From the NCBI GenBank assembly GCA_008690995.1, contig VRMN01000003.1, forward strand, positions 1,674,001 to 1,738,000: 64,000 bases of DNA, given 5' to 3'. Below the pieces are notes generated by a model that did no database searches, was not told the origin of the DNA, and saw only the letters and a program-made list of their open reading frames with translations. The DNA is from Porphyridium purpureum (taxonomy: Eukaryota). Each line of letters begins with the position of its first letter. Positions within the stretch are counted from its first letter, which is position 1. This document shows, one piece after another, positions 54,177 through 64,000 of this stretch. Position numbers and translations under genes: made by a program.

Positions 54177-55046
54177 ATGGCAGCGGAGGTTTCAGTCCTT
54201 CGCGTAGCAATGAGCGCCGCCGCCGCCGCCGCGTCTGCCGCCGCGCCAGTCGTTTCGAATGGGATTTTCGCCACCATGGTGGGCCTCCGCGCCGGGAGTG
54301 TGATGAGCGCCATGGGCACTGCTGCATGTGCAGGAGCCACGACCGGTATTGCACGTGAGCGCGTGACGTTGAATACCGTCGTGCGCAGGAACTTGCAGGC
54401 AAGCGCGAAGAATTCTTGGCAAGATAATGGCGAAGGGCGGGACCGCCATTCCAGCTTGGACAGCGATGACGTTTCTGACGGGCTCTCGAGGCTGTCGTCG
54501 TGGTCGTCGTCGAGTGGGAGGATGGGTTTTCTGCAGAACTGGAACTCGGGCAAGAGCACGAGCGGCTCCTTGTCGCGCCGTGACGCGCACGCTCTCAAGC
54601 AGGTGAGGGAAGAGTTTGCAACGCTCGAATACATTCAGCCCACGTCCATGGACGAAAAGATTGGCCTCCAGTACGTGGTTGGAATGGCTTCCGTGCAGGA
54701 TTCCCAGCAGGTTGCCGGCTGGTACACCGGTCACGGACAGGTTTCGTCAAAACGCATCGCCAAGTCGCTCCAGCACTTTGCGCTCTTTGCGCGCGCGTCT
54801 GGCGGCGGCGTGACATGCGTTGAGCCTCTGAGGCACCCGGCCTTTTGTTCGGCACTCATGCAGGAGGCACACTCGCTCAAGCTGCCGACGTGCGTCCAGT
54901 CGTCCGCAGCGTCTTGGGAACACGCAGATCCGAAAGTACTTGCCCAGATTTTGCTGCACGCTGATCGTATCGTCTTGCGCGACGGCGACCGCCAGGTTTC
55001 AGTGCAGGACAAGAAGCAACAGAGAGGAAGTTTTGCGACCTTGTGA
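54177..55046 (+). CDS. Degenerate pyruvate formate-lyase activating enzyme-like protein lacking the radical-SAM motif
   Basis: SSKRIAKSL...FARASGGGVT..EPLRHPAFCSALMQEAHSLKLPTCVQSS...DPKVLAQILLHADRIVL resembles the PflA core; Ala/Ser/Arg-rich presequence. Confidence 0.6.
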   Translation: MAAEVSVLRVAMSAAAAAASAAAPVVSNGIFATMVGLRAGSVMSAMGTAACAGATTGIARERVTLNTVVRRNLQASAKNSWQDNGEGRDRHSSLDSDDVSDGLSRLSSWSSSSGRMGFLQNWNSGKSTSGSLSRRDAHALKQVREEFATLEYIQPTSMDEKIGLQYVVGMASVQDSQQVAGWYTGHGQVSSKRIAKSLQHFALFARASGGGVTCVEPLRHPAFCSALMQEAHSLKLPTCVQSSAASWEHADPKVLAQILLHADRIVLRDGDRQVSVQDKKQQRGSFATL

Positions 55047-55659
55047 TGGCGTCGGGTCATGAAACGTAGAGAAGGGCCCGAGCTGTGCTCGAAGAAGTCA
55101 ATTTTGTGGTCCAGGTGGTTTTCGCATTTGAGCAGCAGTGCGATTTTGGAAGGCATGGCTCGGCCGTTTGGACAGTCGAGCCCAATTTTGGTGCACTCTT
55201 GCCATCTATCTTCGTGATGGCAGTGCGCTTGTGACGTCGGGAGTAGGTAGTTGATTTGGATCGTAGATGATAGTGTACATACGTAGATAGATATTGAAAC
55301 GTTCAGGCGCGAGCTTTGGACACTGCAAATACCGCTTCCTTGCAGAGGAGGATGGAGTAAAAGAAAGACAGCCAGTTCGCTGGAACGACATGGTACACGC
55401 CATTAACCTCAATATTCATTACCACAGTCATACCTAAGGCAAGCTCGAGTGCGCTCGTGTTTGGATCTTAAAGCGAAAGGTGTCCCACTCGCACACATAG
55501 CCAAACGTGTACCAAGTTCTGTGAACCAGTTCCGTGAAAGAACTTCTATTGATAGGAAAATATAGAAAATGGCATCGATCGTGCCCCGGGTATTCTCAGC
55601 CACAAACTATTCTCCGTCATTCTCACTGGAAGACACAAGCCGAACAGCAGTATCCGGAG

Positions 55660-56355
55660 CTAGAGATCCGGAATGCGGATGATGGGCGTTTGCGTCGGCA
55701 GGATTTGGTATAGTACGATGAGCACGAGAACAACGACCACGATGACACCAATCCAATTATTCTTGTAAGGACTGATGGTCTCGCGCTTCAACTTCTCACG
55801 CATGTTGGCATCTACTGGGCGCGGTCGCCTCTTCTTGCGCGGCTCACGAGTCTTTTCCATGTCGATTTCAATGTAGTAGTCCTCACCCGTGGCTGGGTCA
55901 ACAGGACGCCGCACGAGCGGCTGGCTATCGAGGGCGTCCCAGTCCAGCTCGTCTGACTTTAGCCTCCTCCGCTTACGAATACTGCGGACAGGTTTGACGG
56001 GCGAGTTTCTGCGGCGTTCCGACTCGGTTCGCAACTCCGACGGGTCGCGCGGGCGCACCAGCGCGCTATCCGGCCGAGAGCCGAAAGCTTCGACGAGTTC
56101 CTCGGTGTCCTTCTCCATCTGCTCGAGCGGCCGTGCCTGTGGCTTGGCCTTGAGCGTCGGCGGTGGCTTCAGCTCTGCCGACGACGAGTCGTCCTCACCG
56201 GCGAGCATGGCCACGGCACGTCGCGACGCGCGCCGCGCTACGGCGGGCGTTCCCACCGCAGACTGGGAAAATCCCCGTTTCTGAGCACATGCTGCGCTAC
56301 GCCCATGCGCCCACGCGTCGCAGGGCCGGGCGAGTCCGACGTTGACAAACATCAT
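55660..56355 (-). CDS. Hypothetical plastid-targeted protein with C-terminal TM helix
   Basis: MMFVNVG...RRAVAM transit-like leader, charged body, NWIGVIVVVVLVLIVLY TM. Confidence 0.7.
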   Translation of the reverse strand: MMFVNVGLARPCDAWAHGRSAACAQKRGFSQSAVGTPAVARRASRRAVAMLAGEDDSSSAELKPPPTLKAKPQARPLEQMEKDTEELVEAFGSRPDSALVRPRDPSELRTESERRRNSPVKPVRSIRKRRRLKSDELDWDALDSQPLVRRPVDPATGEDYYIEIDMEKTREPRKKRRPRPVDANMREKLKRETISPYKNNWIGVIVVVVLVLIVLYQILPTQTPIIRIPDL

Positions 56356-57874
56356 CTTGGCCTGCCTCCGCTATGTCGACCTCTCTTGGGTTGCGACAGC
56401 AGAATGTACCTTCAGCCAGCCAATAAAGTTTCCAGCTCCTTCGCTGCTGAGCTCAGCAAGCTTCAGATTTCACTGTACACACTGTACTTTTTGCGGATTC
56501 CGGTCAGTCGAGAAGACCGAACGGGCGACGCGCCGCGACTTGTCTCGAAGAACATCTGCGCCATGAAGTATCCTTTCGTATCTGGCTGGTCTGGGGAGTA
56601 TGATAAATGAGCGCAAGGGTCAGAAGCCGTCGCAATGTGTTGCCTCTCACACCGGCTGCACATACTTTTTTAAATCCTGGCTACTAGAGCTGCTGTGCAC
56701 AGCCTCCCGAAGGCTGGCGCATGAAAAGGGCAAAGGAAGAAGTGTCGGGGACACAAGTTGCGATCTACCCAGAGCTTAAAATATGACCATGGGTTGATCA
56801 GCTCTGGAAGCGGCGTGGATGAGCAGAACGAACTCGCACGTCTCCCGAGTAAACAACCGCGGACTTTTTCTGTGCGAGTTTCTTCACAACACAGACTGAA
56901 ACGCCTCACTTCTTCCGCGCACGTGCGCCATCATCCGCCACTGTGGAGTAAGCACTGCATGCCGCTGCGAGTCCATCAGTAATACAAGACTGCAGTTCTG
57001 CTGTTACTCCACACGTACCCGACGACCACCACGGCGTGCGCCAGACGTCCCTCCATGAGCGCGGATGTCGGATGAGGTACAGTGCGTCGCTGTACTTTGT
57101 AGCTTATGGGGTTGGGCAGCTGACCCGGCATGCCGCTGATTGTAAAGGCGTGTCACCCCTTCCTTGCGGCCGGGTATAACACGTCGCTCATCTGGTTTGT
57201 AGAGACCACGCAACCACGAGCTGAAGGGCGGGTGCGGTGCGGATTAGATGATGTATCATGTGCTCTTTGACCACGCAAGCAAGTCTGACGCAGAGCTTCA
57301 CTCGATGAAGGGAACGCCGTGGTGTACTATGTGTGGCACGTCTGAAGTGCAAAGGAGTGAAAGTATGACACTGAATAGCGGAATACAAGGATAAGCTTGT
57401 TGCGCGTTGCTGCTGAGGCAGAAGTCGTGAAAATCTCATTGGTTTACTATGTCTGTGCCAGTGCCAGAAGAGGTGGCATCGGCGGGTGCCAGCGAATAGA
57501 CACATCTATACAGACAGAGACATCACATGTGCGCGAGATGGCATGAAAGTGCGTGTAGAGGGTGGTACGTGATGTTGCGCTCCGTCCAACGTGGCCATTC
57601 GAGCTGCGTGTACATGGAGCACGTGCTGACGACGACAGGCTCTCGGTGCCATTCGATCCGCGGCAGAGAAGAGGCTCCTCGTCCCTGCCTATAAGAAGAG
57701 TTGCGAGTTGGCGAGAAAGGCGTGGGATCATGAGAGAGAAGAAAGTGCAGCTGCAGAGAAGGCGCTGAGGAACAAGGAGCTGAGAAGAAGAACGAGACGA
57801 GCCACTTTCGTACCGGCGGGAACGGACCGGTAGGTTGACTGAGCGATCACGATCACACCAGCAGAACCAGCAAG

Positions 57875-59227
57875 ATGAAGAAACCAGGCCAGGTCATGAC
57901 AGTTGCACTTGGCATAGCGCTGATTTGTCTCTTAGCTCCAGTGGAGGTAGAGGCCAGATGGAAGAAGAACGGTCCTCCAACGCCAGCGCCGACACCGAGC
58001 CCAACGCCAGTATCGACGCCGAGCCCAACGCTAGCGCCGACGCCGAGTCCAACGCTAGCGCCGACGCCGAGTCCAACGCTAGCGCCGACGCCGAGTCCAA
58101 CGCTAGCGCCGACGCCGAGCCCAACGCCAGTGCCGACGCCGAGCCCAACGCCAGTGCCGACGCCGAGCCCAACGCCAGTGCCGACAGCAGCGCCAACGGC
58201 GGCTCCAGTAGTTTGTGACGGCGATTGCTACCCGTTCACAATTCAAATGATCCCGAACGGAGCTCAGGACCCGCGTGCTGTGGCCGTGTTTGAAGAAGCA
58301 CTGGGTGTGCTGAATGCCGTACTGGTCGGGCAGCGTCTTGTGGCGCAGCCTGTGACGATGCAATTGTACTACCGCATCAGCTCGATCGATGGGCTTGGGG
58401 GTGTGCTCGGAAGTGCGATCAACTACCAGCATGTCGACGTGTGCACGGACAGCCAGTCTCCGTGCCACTACGACGTGCTGCCGACGCTGGGCGAGATGGT
58501 ATTTGATGCCGCTGACTTCTTCAATAATGTTGAGTACGCGGCGTGGAGGGACTTTTGGGTCCAAGTGACGTTGCACGAAATGCTGCACATGCTTGGTGTG
58601 GGGTCGTTCTGGGTGAATCGCTTTCCGACGCGCGCCGGGTACAACACGCGCGTAGAGTGTGTAGCAACTCAGGCCGCGTCTTACAAGTACCCTGGCGCGA
58701 AGCGGGAGTGGAACTTATTGGGCGGGCAGGGCGCGCCGCCAGTGGAATACAATCACTGGAACGGGGACGGGTCCAATTGCAAGCACTGGGACGAATCTGC
58801 GATGAATGTGGAGCTGATGACCACGGAGACGAACACAATCCTGACGCCGACGACGGCGGCGGTTGAGGAGAAGCTCAGCCGAGTCACGCTGGGTGCTATG
58901 GAGGACTTGAACTATGTGGTGGACTGGAGCCACGCCGAGACTTACATAGTGCCCCCGTCGCGGCGCATGGCCGAGCTGGAGACGCACAGCCATGCCGTGC
59001 TCGAGTCGGTTCGTAGACAGGATCCTGACTACCTGGCAAAGCTAGAGATGTACGAGGCAACGCTGCACAAGCAGAGCGAGCGCGCGAAAGAGCGCAAGCA
59101 TCTACATGAGGAGCTGAAGGCTGGCGTAATTGAAGAAGTTTGGTACCCGGAGAACTACGAGGCGCCGCTGCTTGACCGTGCAGGCCACATTCTGGTGCCT
59201 GAGAGGGTCGTTCCAGTCCATCTGTAG
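57875..59227 (+). CDS. Secreted zinc metalloprotease (leishmanolysin/M8-like) with N-terminal Pro/Thr/Ser stalk
   Basis: Signal peptide, [27 protein letters not shown] Met-turn, [14 protein letters not shown]. Confidence 0.85.
   Translation: MKKPGQVMTVALGIALICLLAPVEVEARWKKNGPPTPAPTPSPTPVSTPSPTLAPTPSPTLAPTPSPTLAPTPSPTLAPTPSPTPVPTPSPTPVPTPSPTPVPTAAPTAAPVVCDGDCYPFTIQMIPNGAQDPRAVAVFEEALGVLNAVLVGQRLVAQPVTMQLYYRISSIDGLGGVLGSAINYQHVDVCTDSQSPCHYDVLPTLGEMVFDAADFFNNVEYAAWRDFWVQVTLHEMLHMLGVGSFWVNRFPTRAGYNTRVECVATQAASYKYPGAKREWNLLGGQGAPPVEYNHWNGDGSNCKHWDESAMNVELMTTETNTILTPTTAAVEEKLSRVTLGAMEDLNYVVDWSHAETYIVPPSRRMAELETHSHAVLESVRRQDPDYLAKLEMYEATLHKQSERAKERKHLHEELKAGVIEEVWYPENYEAPLLDRAGHILVPERVVPVHL
57992..58183 (+). 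repeat. Coding minisatellite, 8 x 24 nt
   Basis: Units encode TPSPTPVS x1, TPSPTLAP x4, TPSPTPVP x3. Confidence 0.9.
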
Positions 59228-59427
59228 GAAATTCCAATTTTGATGAGTCGTCTAATTCTGTTTTATAAATAACTGCGTGGTGAACATGGACTGCCGCTAT
59301 CTCGAGCTCGTTCCGCTCGGACCCGACAAGTTTCACGTCGGTATCGAGGAGTGTTGCTCCAAGGTAAATAGTTTGTTATTTTCGTTCCTTCGCCGCGCGC
59401 CAAGAGCGCAACAAATAAGACACCTTC

Positions 59428-60447
59428 TCAATTGAAAGTCGCCGCGGCGCAGCAGTACTCATACACGTGATGATAGAGGCCGACGTTGCCCTTCTTGAAT
59501 GACTTACAAATGGGGTGGCACTTGGCGGCCTCGGTCCATTCGGGGTCAATCACAATGCTCTCGACGTCCGTGAATGTTCGCTTATTGGCTAGCGGCTGGA
59601 TGTTGTTCGCTGTCACCCCAAACAGACCACCAAGGCTCTTTTGCAGCTCCTCGTCAAGGCACTCGTACACCTGGTTGCCTACCTGGACTTCACACGTCAT
59701 GCACAAAATTGTTTCTGCCATCTGAACCAACGTTGAATCCGCCAAAGTAAGCTCAGCAAGCGCCTTTCCAACAAGTTTCCTTGCAAGCGGCATCTTGGTG
59801 CTCTTTGTGCACAGGTTCGAGTCGTACGCCATCGAGCAGGTCTGAGCAATTCCGCAGTGCGCACCGGAGAACGATTCCCAGCCCTGCTGCAGCTGTGGCA
59901 TGATCGCAGCCTGCCCCGCGGTGTACTCGGTCGCCGCCGTGATCACGTTTTCAAGTTCGTCCTGCTGGCCTGGGCACAAATCGAGGTAAGGGCAACCAAA
60001 CGGCATATTATCTGAGCAGCTGTTCATCACCATGTCCTTGCATGTCCAAGCGTGGCCGTTCACCGTATCGGCAAGCAGCAAGAAGGTGGACACCGCCGTG
60101 AGCTCATTCGCCATGGTATGAAACTCGCATTTTTGCACTATGGCAGTGTCCAAACCTCCAATGGGCACTCCCGCGGAGCAGTCTGCACCTGACTGTGCGC
60201 AATACCATGCCTGGTCACACTCGTAAGTCGCCCTCATCATGCCGTTCGGAAGCGGCTTGCCAATCATCCTCACCTCATTGCTCTTGCTGAGCGAAGGTGC
60301 AACCACCACCACAGCCACGGTCATCAGCATCACGGCCACAACAGAGGCGGCCACACTCCACGACGAGCGACGGGAGAGAGCGCTGGCGCTGGCAGCGTCC
60401 TGGCCAAACTCCATTTCCACCAGCGTCATTGTTTCCTGGATCGTCAT
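59428..60447 (-). CDS. Cysteine-rich signal-anchored protein of unknown function
   Basis: 339 aa, hydrophobic VAASVVAVMLMTVAVVVV segment, 18 Cys in the downstream domain, TATAAA at 60583-60588 upstream. Confidence 0.75.
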   Translation of the reverse strand: MTIQETMTLVEMEFGQDAASASALSRRSSWSVAASVVAVMLMTVAVVVVAPSLSKSNEVRMIGKPLPNGMMRATYECDQAWYCAQSGADCSAGVPIGGLDTAIVQKCEFHTMANELTAVSTFLLLADTVNGHAWTCKDMVMNSCSDNMPFGCPYLDLCPGQQDELENVITAATEYTAGQAAIMPQLQQGWESFSGAHCGIAQTCSMAYDSNLCTKSTKMPLARKLVGKALAELTLADSTLVQMAETILCMTCEVQVGNQVYECLDEELQKSLGGLFGVTANNIQPLANKRTFTDVESIVIDPEWTEAAKCHPICKSFKKGNVGLYHHVYEYCCAAATFN

Positions 60448-61362
60448 TTTGTTCCTGTTCGACTTGGTTCACAAAGTCACGCAGAAAAAACCTGTCCTCC
60501 AAAGCCACCACTACGCTCCTGCTCTGCGACCGAGCAGCTTCAACATGGTGACAACGCTCGTCACTGCATGCGCAACAGCGCCTTTATAGACCGAGCTCTC
60601 GACCACAAGGACAGACCGGTGTGCATGGCGACGCCCCTACCGTTCGTCGCTCACATCATCTCGACGTCTTTGAATTTGCTCGGCCGAACCATCCTATTCC
60701 TCCGTGCCATGTTCTGACTCATGTTTGCTACCTCTCTGTGCTGCTTTGCAGCCACTGCTTCCCACTTGAGACCTCTTCCCGTGTAAATTCTGCAAATCAC
60801 CAACCCAAAGGTCGTGATCAAATTCTGACGATTCTCCGCACAAGCGTGTTGAATTTTCCCCCAATCCGGCGTATCAGTGAAAAGTACACGCGCTCAGTGT
60901 ACAAGGATCATGCAAGATTTTGGGAGTCTGTGCGTGTGTTTTTCGAGGTGGCTGCGTCTACAAACGCGAGTCGAAATCAAACTGTCGCCCACAAATCCTT
61001 TGTGTCATGCGCTTCGTGGTGTCTCGAGCGAACAGGCTCAGATGGTGTGAATATTATGGTGAGCTGTTTTGCCAGCGCGGGAATACACGCGTGCGTCAGA
61101 TTCATTCCTCCGCTCGCTGCGCCCAGCTCGTCGCGATGATGAGGACAACTTGACTCATGTAAACACAACTCCCCAGGATTTTAATCTCATCGGGACTTCC
61201 CATCAACCTTCTTCCATACAAGCAAAGCCCGTGCATGCGATGATAGTTGAAACAGACGGCAACAATCTCATTGTGGTCGTTTCGCAGACTGACGGAAAGT
61301 CTTCAGCTTTTTTTTTCTCTCGGGCTTCGACACCCGGCCGATGTGTGGACACTCACCAAGTC

Positions 61363-62766
61363 TCAACTTTCCCCATCGACCTCCTCTTCGAGAAGGGCAA
61401 CTTCGCGCGCAATTAGAGGATGCCTCAACAGTTCTGATGCGGTCGGTCTATTCCGGTCCTCATATTCCAAGCATTGTCGGCAAAAGTCCTTGAACTCTGC
61501 ACTGAATGGATGCAATCTCGCACTCAGGTTGCCAAAGCGAACTCCGCTTTCCGCGATCATGCGCCTTACCGCGTCTGAATCCAAGTTCGAAAATAGCGGC
61601 TCTCCCAGTGCGCACTCGAGCGCAAGCATGCCCAAGCTCCAGATGTCAATCTTCAATCCATATTCATCCCCCCGGCACACTTCGGGAGCCATCCAGTGCA
61701 CTGTGCCCAACACTGCCGAGCGCGTGTCCTTGTCGGATGCAAGTCTGGTCGCGAAGCCAAAGTCACACAACTTGACGCGGCCGGTGTCTCCACATACAAG
61801 CACGTTGTCGCTTTTGATGTCGCGGTGCATCACCATCTCTGCGTGCAGAACTGCAAGCGCGCGCGTCAATTGCGCAAGAAGCTGCACCATGTCGGCTTCA
61901 TCCATGCGTCCGCACTCCCGAATATAGTCGTAAAGAGAACCACCGGACACGTACTCGACGGCATGCCAATAGGCGCTTTCGAACTCAAATACCATGTGTG
62001 AGGTGAGTAGATTCGCATGTTTGGGTAAAGAACGCATGATGTGCACCTCCCGCTCCAGAAGCTCGCGCTCGTCGTCGCTATGCGGCGCCATTCGCTTGAT
62101 TGCCACAGCATGTTCCGAATTTCCCTTCGACTTCGCACGGTACACTTCTCCGAATGCGCCTTCGCCGATCAGCTGAAGATCTTCATAGAACAAATGGGGG
62201 TCCATGTTAAGGGTGACCAAAGCACTTCCCGTCGGCTGCACGGCTGCTGCTGCTGCCACCTCGCGGTGCGTTTCACTTTCCCAGCTCTCCGCGACAAGGT
62301 GTGCCCTCGTTTCCCAAACATCTTCCGCATTCAAAGCCAATGCGGCAGGCGAGCAGCGGAAACCGGGAAGAGCCGTCTCTGGAAGATCCATATCAGCCAG
62401 CATCTGGTCCCCATGCGTCACGGAAACATCCATCACGTTTAGCGCGTGCATTGTTTCAGCGCCGGCCGCTCGCCGACGCGCATTTTTGCATGCTGGCGCA
62501 GTCACAGTCATCCGTACGTGCCGCTCCTTTCGCTCGTCAAGTGCATGCATGCCCTTCTTCTGTCGGGTAACAGTCTTCGCAAGCGGCGCGTTTCTCGCCC
62601 ACGTCGGTGGTGCATTTTCATCTGCAGCGCCGCGTTCACCTCGTGCGCTCTCCTTGTGCACAAAATTGTGCGCGTCCTTTCTATGCGTCACTGCTTCTGC
62701 GGGCTCCGTAGGCCCAGATGGCCGCGCAGGTCCAAACAGAGAGCGATACAGCTCAAAGTCGTTCAT
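61363..62766 (-). CDS. STE20/PAK-like Ser/Thr kinase
   Basis: IGEGAFGEVY, VAIKRM, HRDIKSDNVL, VKLCDFGFA, RSAVLGTVHWMAPE, IDIWSLGM. Confidence 0.9.
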   Translation of the reverse strand: MNDFELYRSLFGPARPSGPTEPAEAVTHRKDAHNFVHKESARGERGAADENAPPTWARNAPLAKTVTRQKKGMHALDERKERHVRMTVTAPACKNARRRAAGAETMHALNVMDVSVTHGDQMLADMDLPETALPGFRCSPAALALNAEDVWETRAHLVAESWESETHREVAAAAAVQPTGSALVTLNMDPHLFYEDLQLIGEGAFGEVYRAKSKGNSEHAVAIKRMAPHSDDERELLEREVHIMRSLPKHANLLTSHMVFEFESAYWHAVEYVSGGSLYDYIRECGRMDEADMVQLLAQLTRALAVLHAEMVMHRDIKSDNVLVCGDTGRVKLCDFGFATRLASDKDTRSAVLGTVHWMAPEVCRGDEYGLKIDIWSLGMLALECALGEPLFSNLDSDAVRRMIAESGVRFGNLSARLHPFSAEFKDFCRQCLEYEDRNRPTASELLRHPLIAREVALLEEEVDGES

Positions 62767-63191
62767 GATTGATTGTCCTATCAGAGCTATCAGCGCTCGA
62801 ACGCAGAAGGCCGCCTTCGTATCCGTCTACGTGCGTGAGCTTCTGCAAGGCTGCCTTCGTTCGTACTTTTTTCCGGTCCGGACTTTCGCGCACCTGCCAC
62901 CATGCCACGATGGACCATTGCTCTTGTCGTCTTGTCGGCGTCCATGCTAGAGCGTTCTTTGTCCCATTCCAAAATTTCAAACCCGTTCGCGTGCGCAAAA
63001 GTTGACAGATGTAACGGACGGATGCTGTACCTCATGTAAGCATCTTACAAATTGGAGGTACACTATTTGTGTCTCGCAACAACACGAGATCGGCGCAAGT
63101 CGTGCAGGCTTCCCGTTTCCGCTCTGCAATAAGCTTTTGTGACTGATGCAATGCTCCACTCGCTGGGCTCCAAGCAAGCGTCCCCCACGAA

Positions 63192-64000
63192 TCAGGGCGA
63201 CATCTTGACACGCTTCGGCGCTTGGGCAATGGGGTCCTCAGAGTCTGCAAAGGTACTTGTATCTCTGGATTCTGATGGACCAAGAATTTGCCCCTGAGTT
63301 CCGTTGGTGCCAGAAGGAACAGCACCCTCACCAGTCGGGGAAGACTCTAGATTCATCGGAATCGCCAGATCGGAATCTGCAACACTTTGTACCTTCTCGC
63401 TCGGCAATGGAGCGGCTGGAGATTTTGGTGGAACCATATCGGCCGTATCACGATGCTCATTGCCCAACGCGTTGTTCGGTGCCGATGGAAGCGAGCACGC
63501 ACCCGGACTTAAGCCAGTATCCCCTTGATGAACCGCGCTGCTTTTCGAGTCCCCCGCAGGCCCACCATGTCCTTCTGGTTCCACTTTTACGTGTGCAGAG
63601 GCGTCCAGCTGTGCCTCGGTCTGCTCGTCGGCCTGTGTGGGGTCTGAAACCGACGCGCGAACAAGCACTGCGGACGCGCTGCCGCTCATTTGCGCGGCCT
63701 CGTCTTTAATCGGGGCCGAAGTAGCGGCACCGGGACTGAGAGCGGGGACATGTGATTCCTGTTTCAAAGGAACGTGAGATTCGGTCGCTGTGTGTTCCTG
63801 TCTCCGTGCGCACCATTGCGCAAATGCTGAGGCAGAGGCACTCCTCTGACGCAGCGCAAGCGCAGAGACAGCGCCCGAGTTCACGCCAGCGGATTGCTGG
63901 AAACTTTCGTACAAATACTCGCAGTACAGCTCAACCGTCCTGTTCAAGACGGCGGAGGCGCGCTCCGACTCGACAAATCCGTGTACTGCGTCGCGCGCAT
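63192..64000 (-). CDS. 3' part of a hypothetical protein with low-complexity C-terminus; 5' end beyond the window
   Basis: Frame stays open from 63947 to the window edge (ARDAVHGFVESERASAVLNRTVELYCEYLY...) and ends in NLS-like PKRVK. Confidence 0.65.
   Translation of the reverse strand, partial: ARDAVHGFVESERASAVLNRTVELYCEYLYESFQQSAGVNSGAVSALALRQRSASASAFAQWCARRQEHTATESHVPLKQESHVPALSPGAATSAPIKDEAAQMSGSASAVLVRASVSDPTQADEQTEAQLDASAHVKVEPEGHGGPAGDSKSSAVHQGDTGLSPGACSLPSAPNNALGNEHRDTADMVPPKSPAAPLPSEKVQSVADSDLAIPMNLESSPTGEGAVPSGTNGTQGQILGPSESRDTSTFADSEDPIAQAPKRVKMSP

Noticed and set aside
11129..62766. Linked MAPK cascade (STE20 plus MAP2K in one window)
   Set aside because: The genes are ~50 kb apart with many unrelated genes between; four kinases among ~27 genes is not persuasive evidence of clustering.

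Overview
Gene-dense, GC-rich, apparently intron-free stretch of a eukaryotic nuclear genome, most likely a unicellular red alga (Porphyridium-like). This is an inference from a nuclear phosphoribulokinase with an 'MVSAFV' red-type transit peptide, a plant-type DGDG synthase and uninterrupted ORFs. It holds about 27 protein-coding genes: DGD1, PRK, CLPTM1, GDT1, malic enzyme, squalene epoxidase, FCP1, AIF/FSP1-like oxidoreductase, HIBADH, SHMT, four kinases, a gelsolin-family protein, a C2H2 factor, glycosyl-, sulfo- and acyltransferases, a secreted metalloprotease and several unknowns. There is also one sulfotransferase pseudogene and one tRNA. The most notable observations are: (1) a tRNA-Ala(UGC) interrupted by a 20-nt intron at the non-canonical D-stem position 22/23, folding into an archaeal-type bulge-helix-bulge whose predicted cut sites rebuild the D-stem exactly; (2) an ~11 kb group of membrane-anchored glycosyltransferase and sulfotransferase genes that could serve sulfated exopolysaccharide synthesis; (3) an intact ORF resembling pyruvate formate-lyase activating enzyme but lacking the CxxxCxxC radical-SAM motif; (4) a ~235-nt telomere-like (TTTGCGG)n array in a divergent promoter; (5) several bacterial-looking genes. 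All family calls come from motif recognition by eye; no database searches were run.
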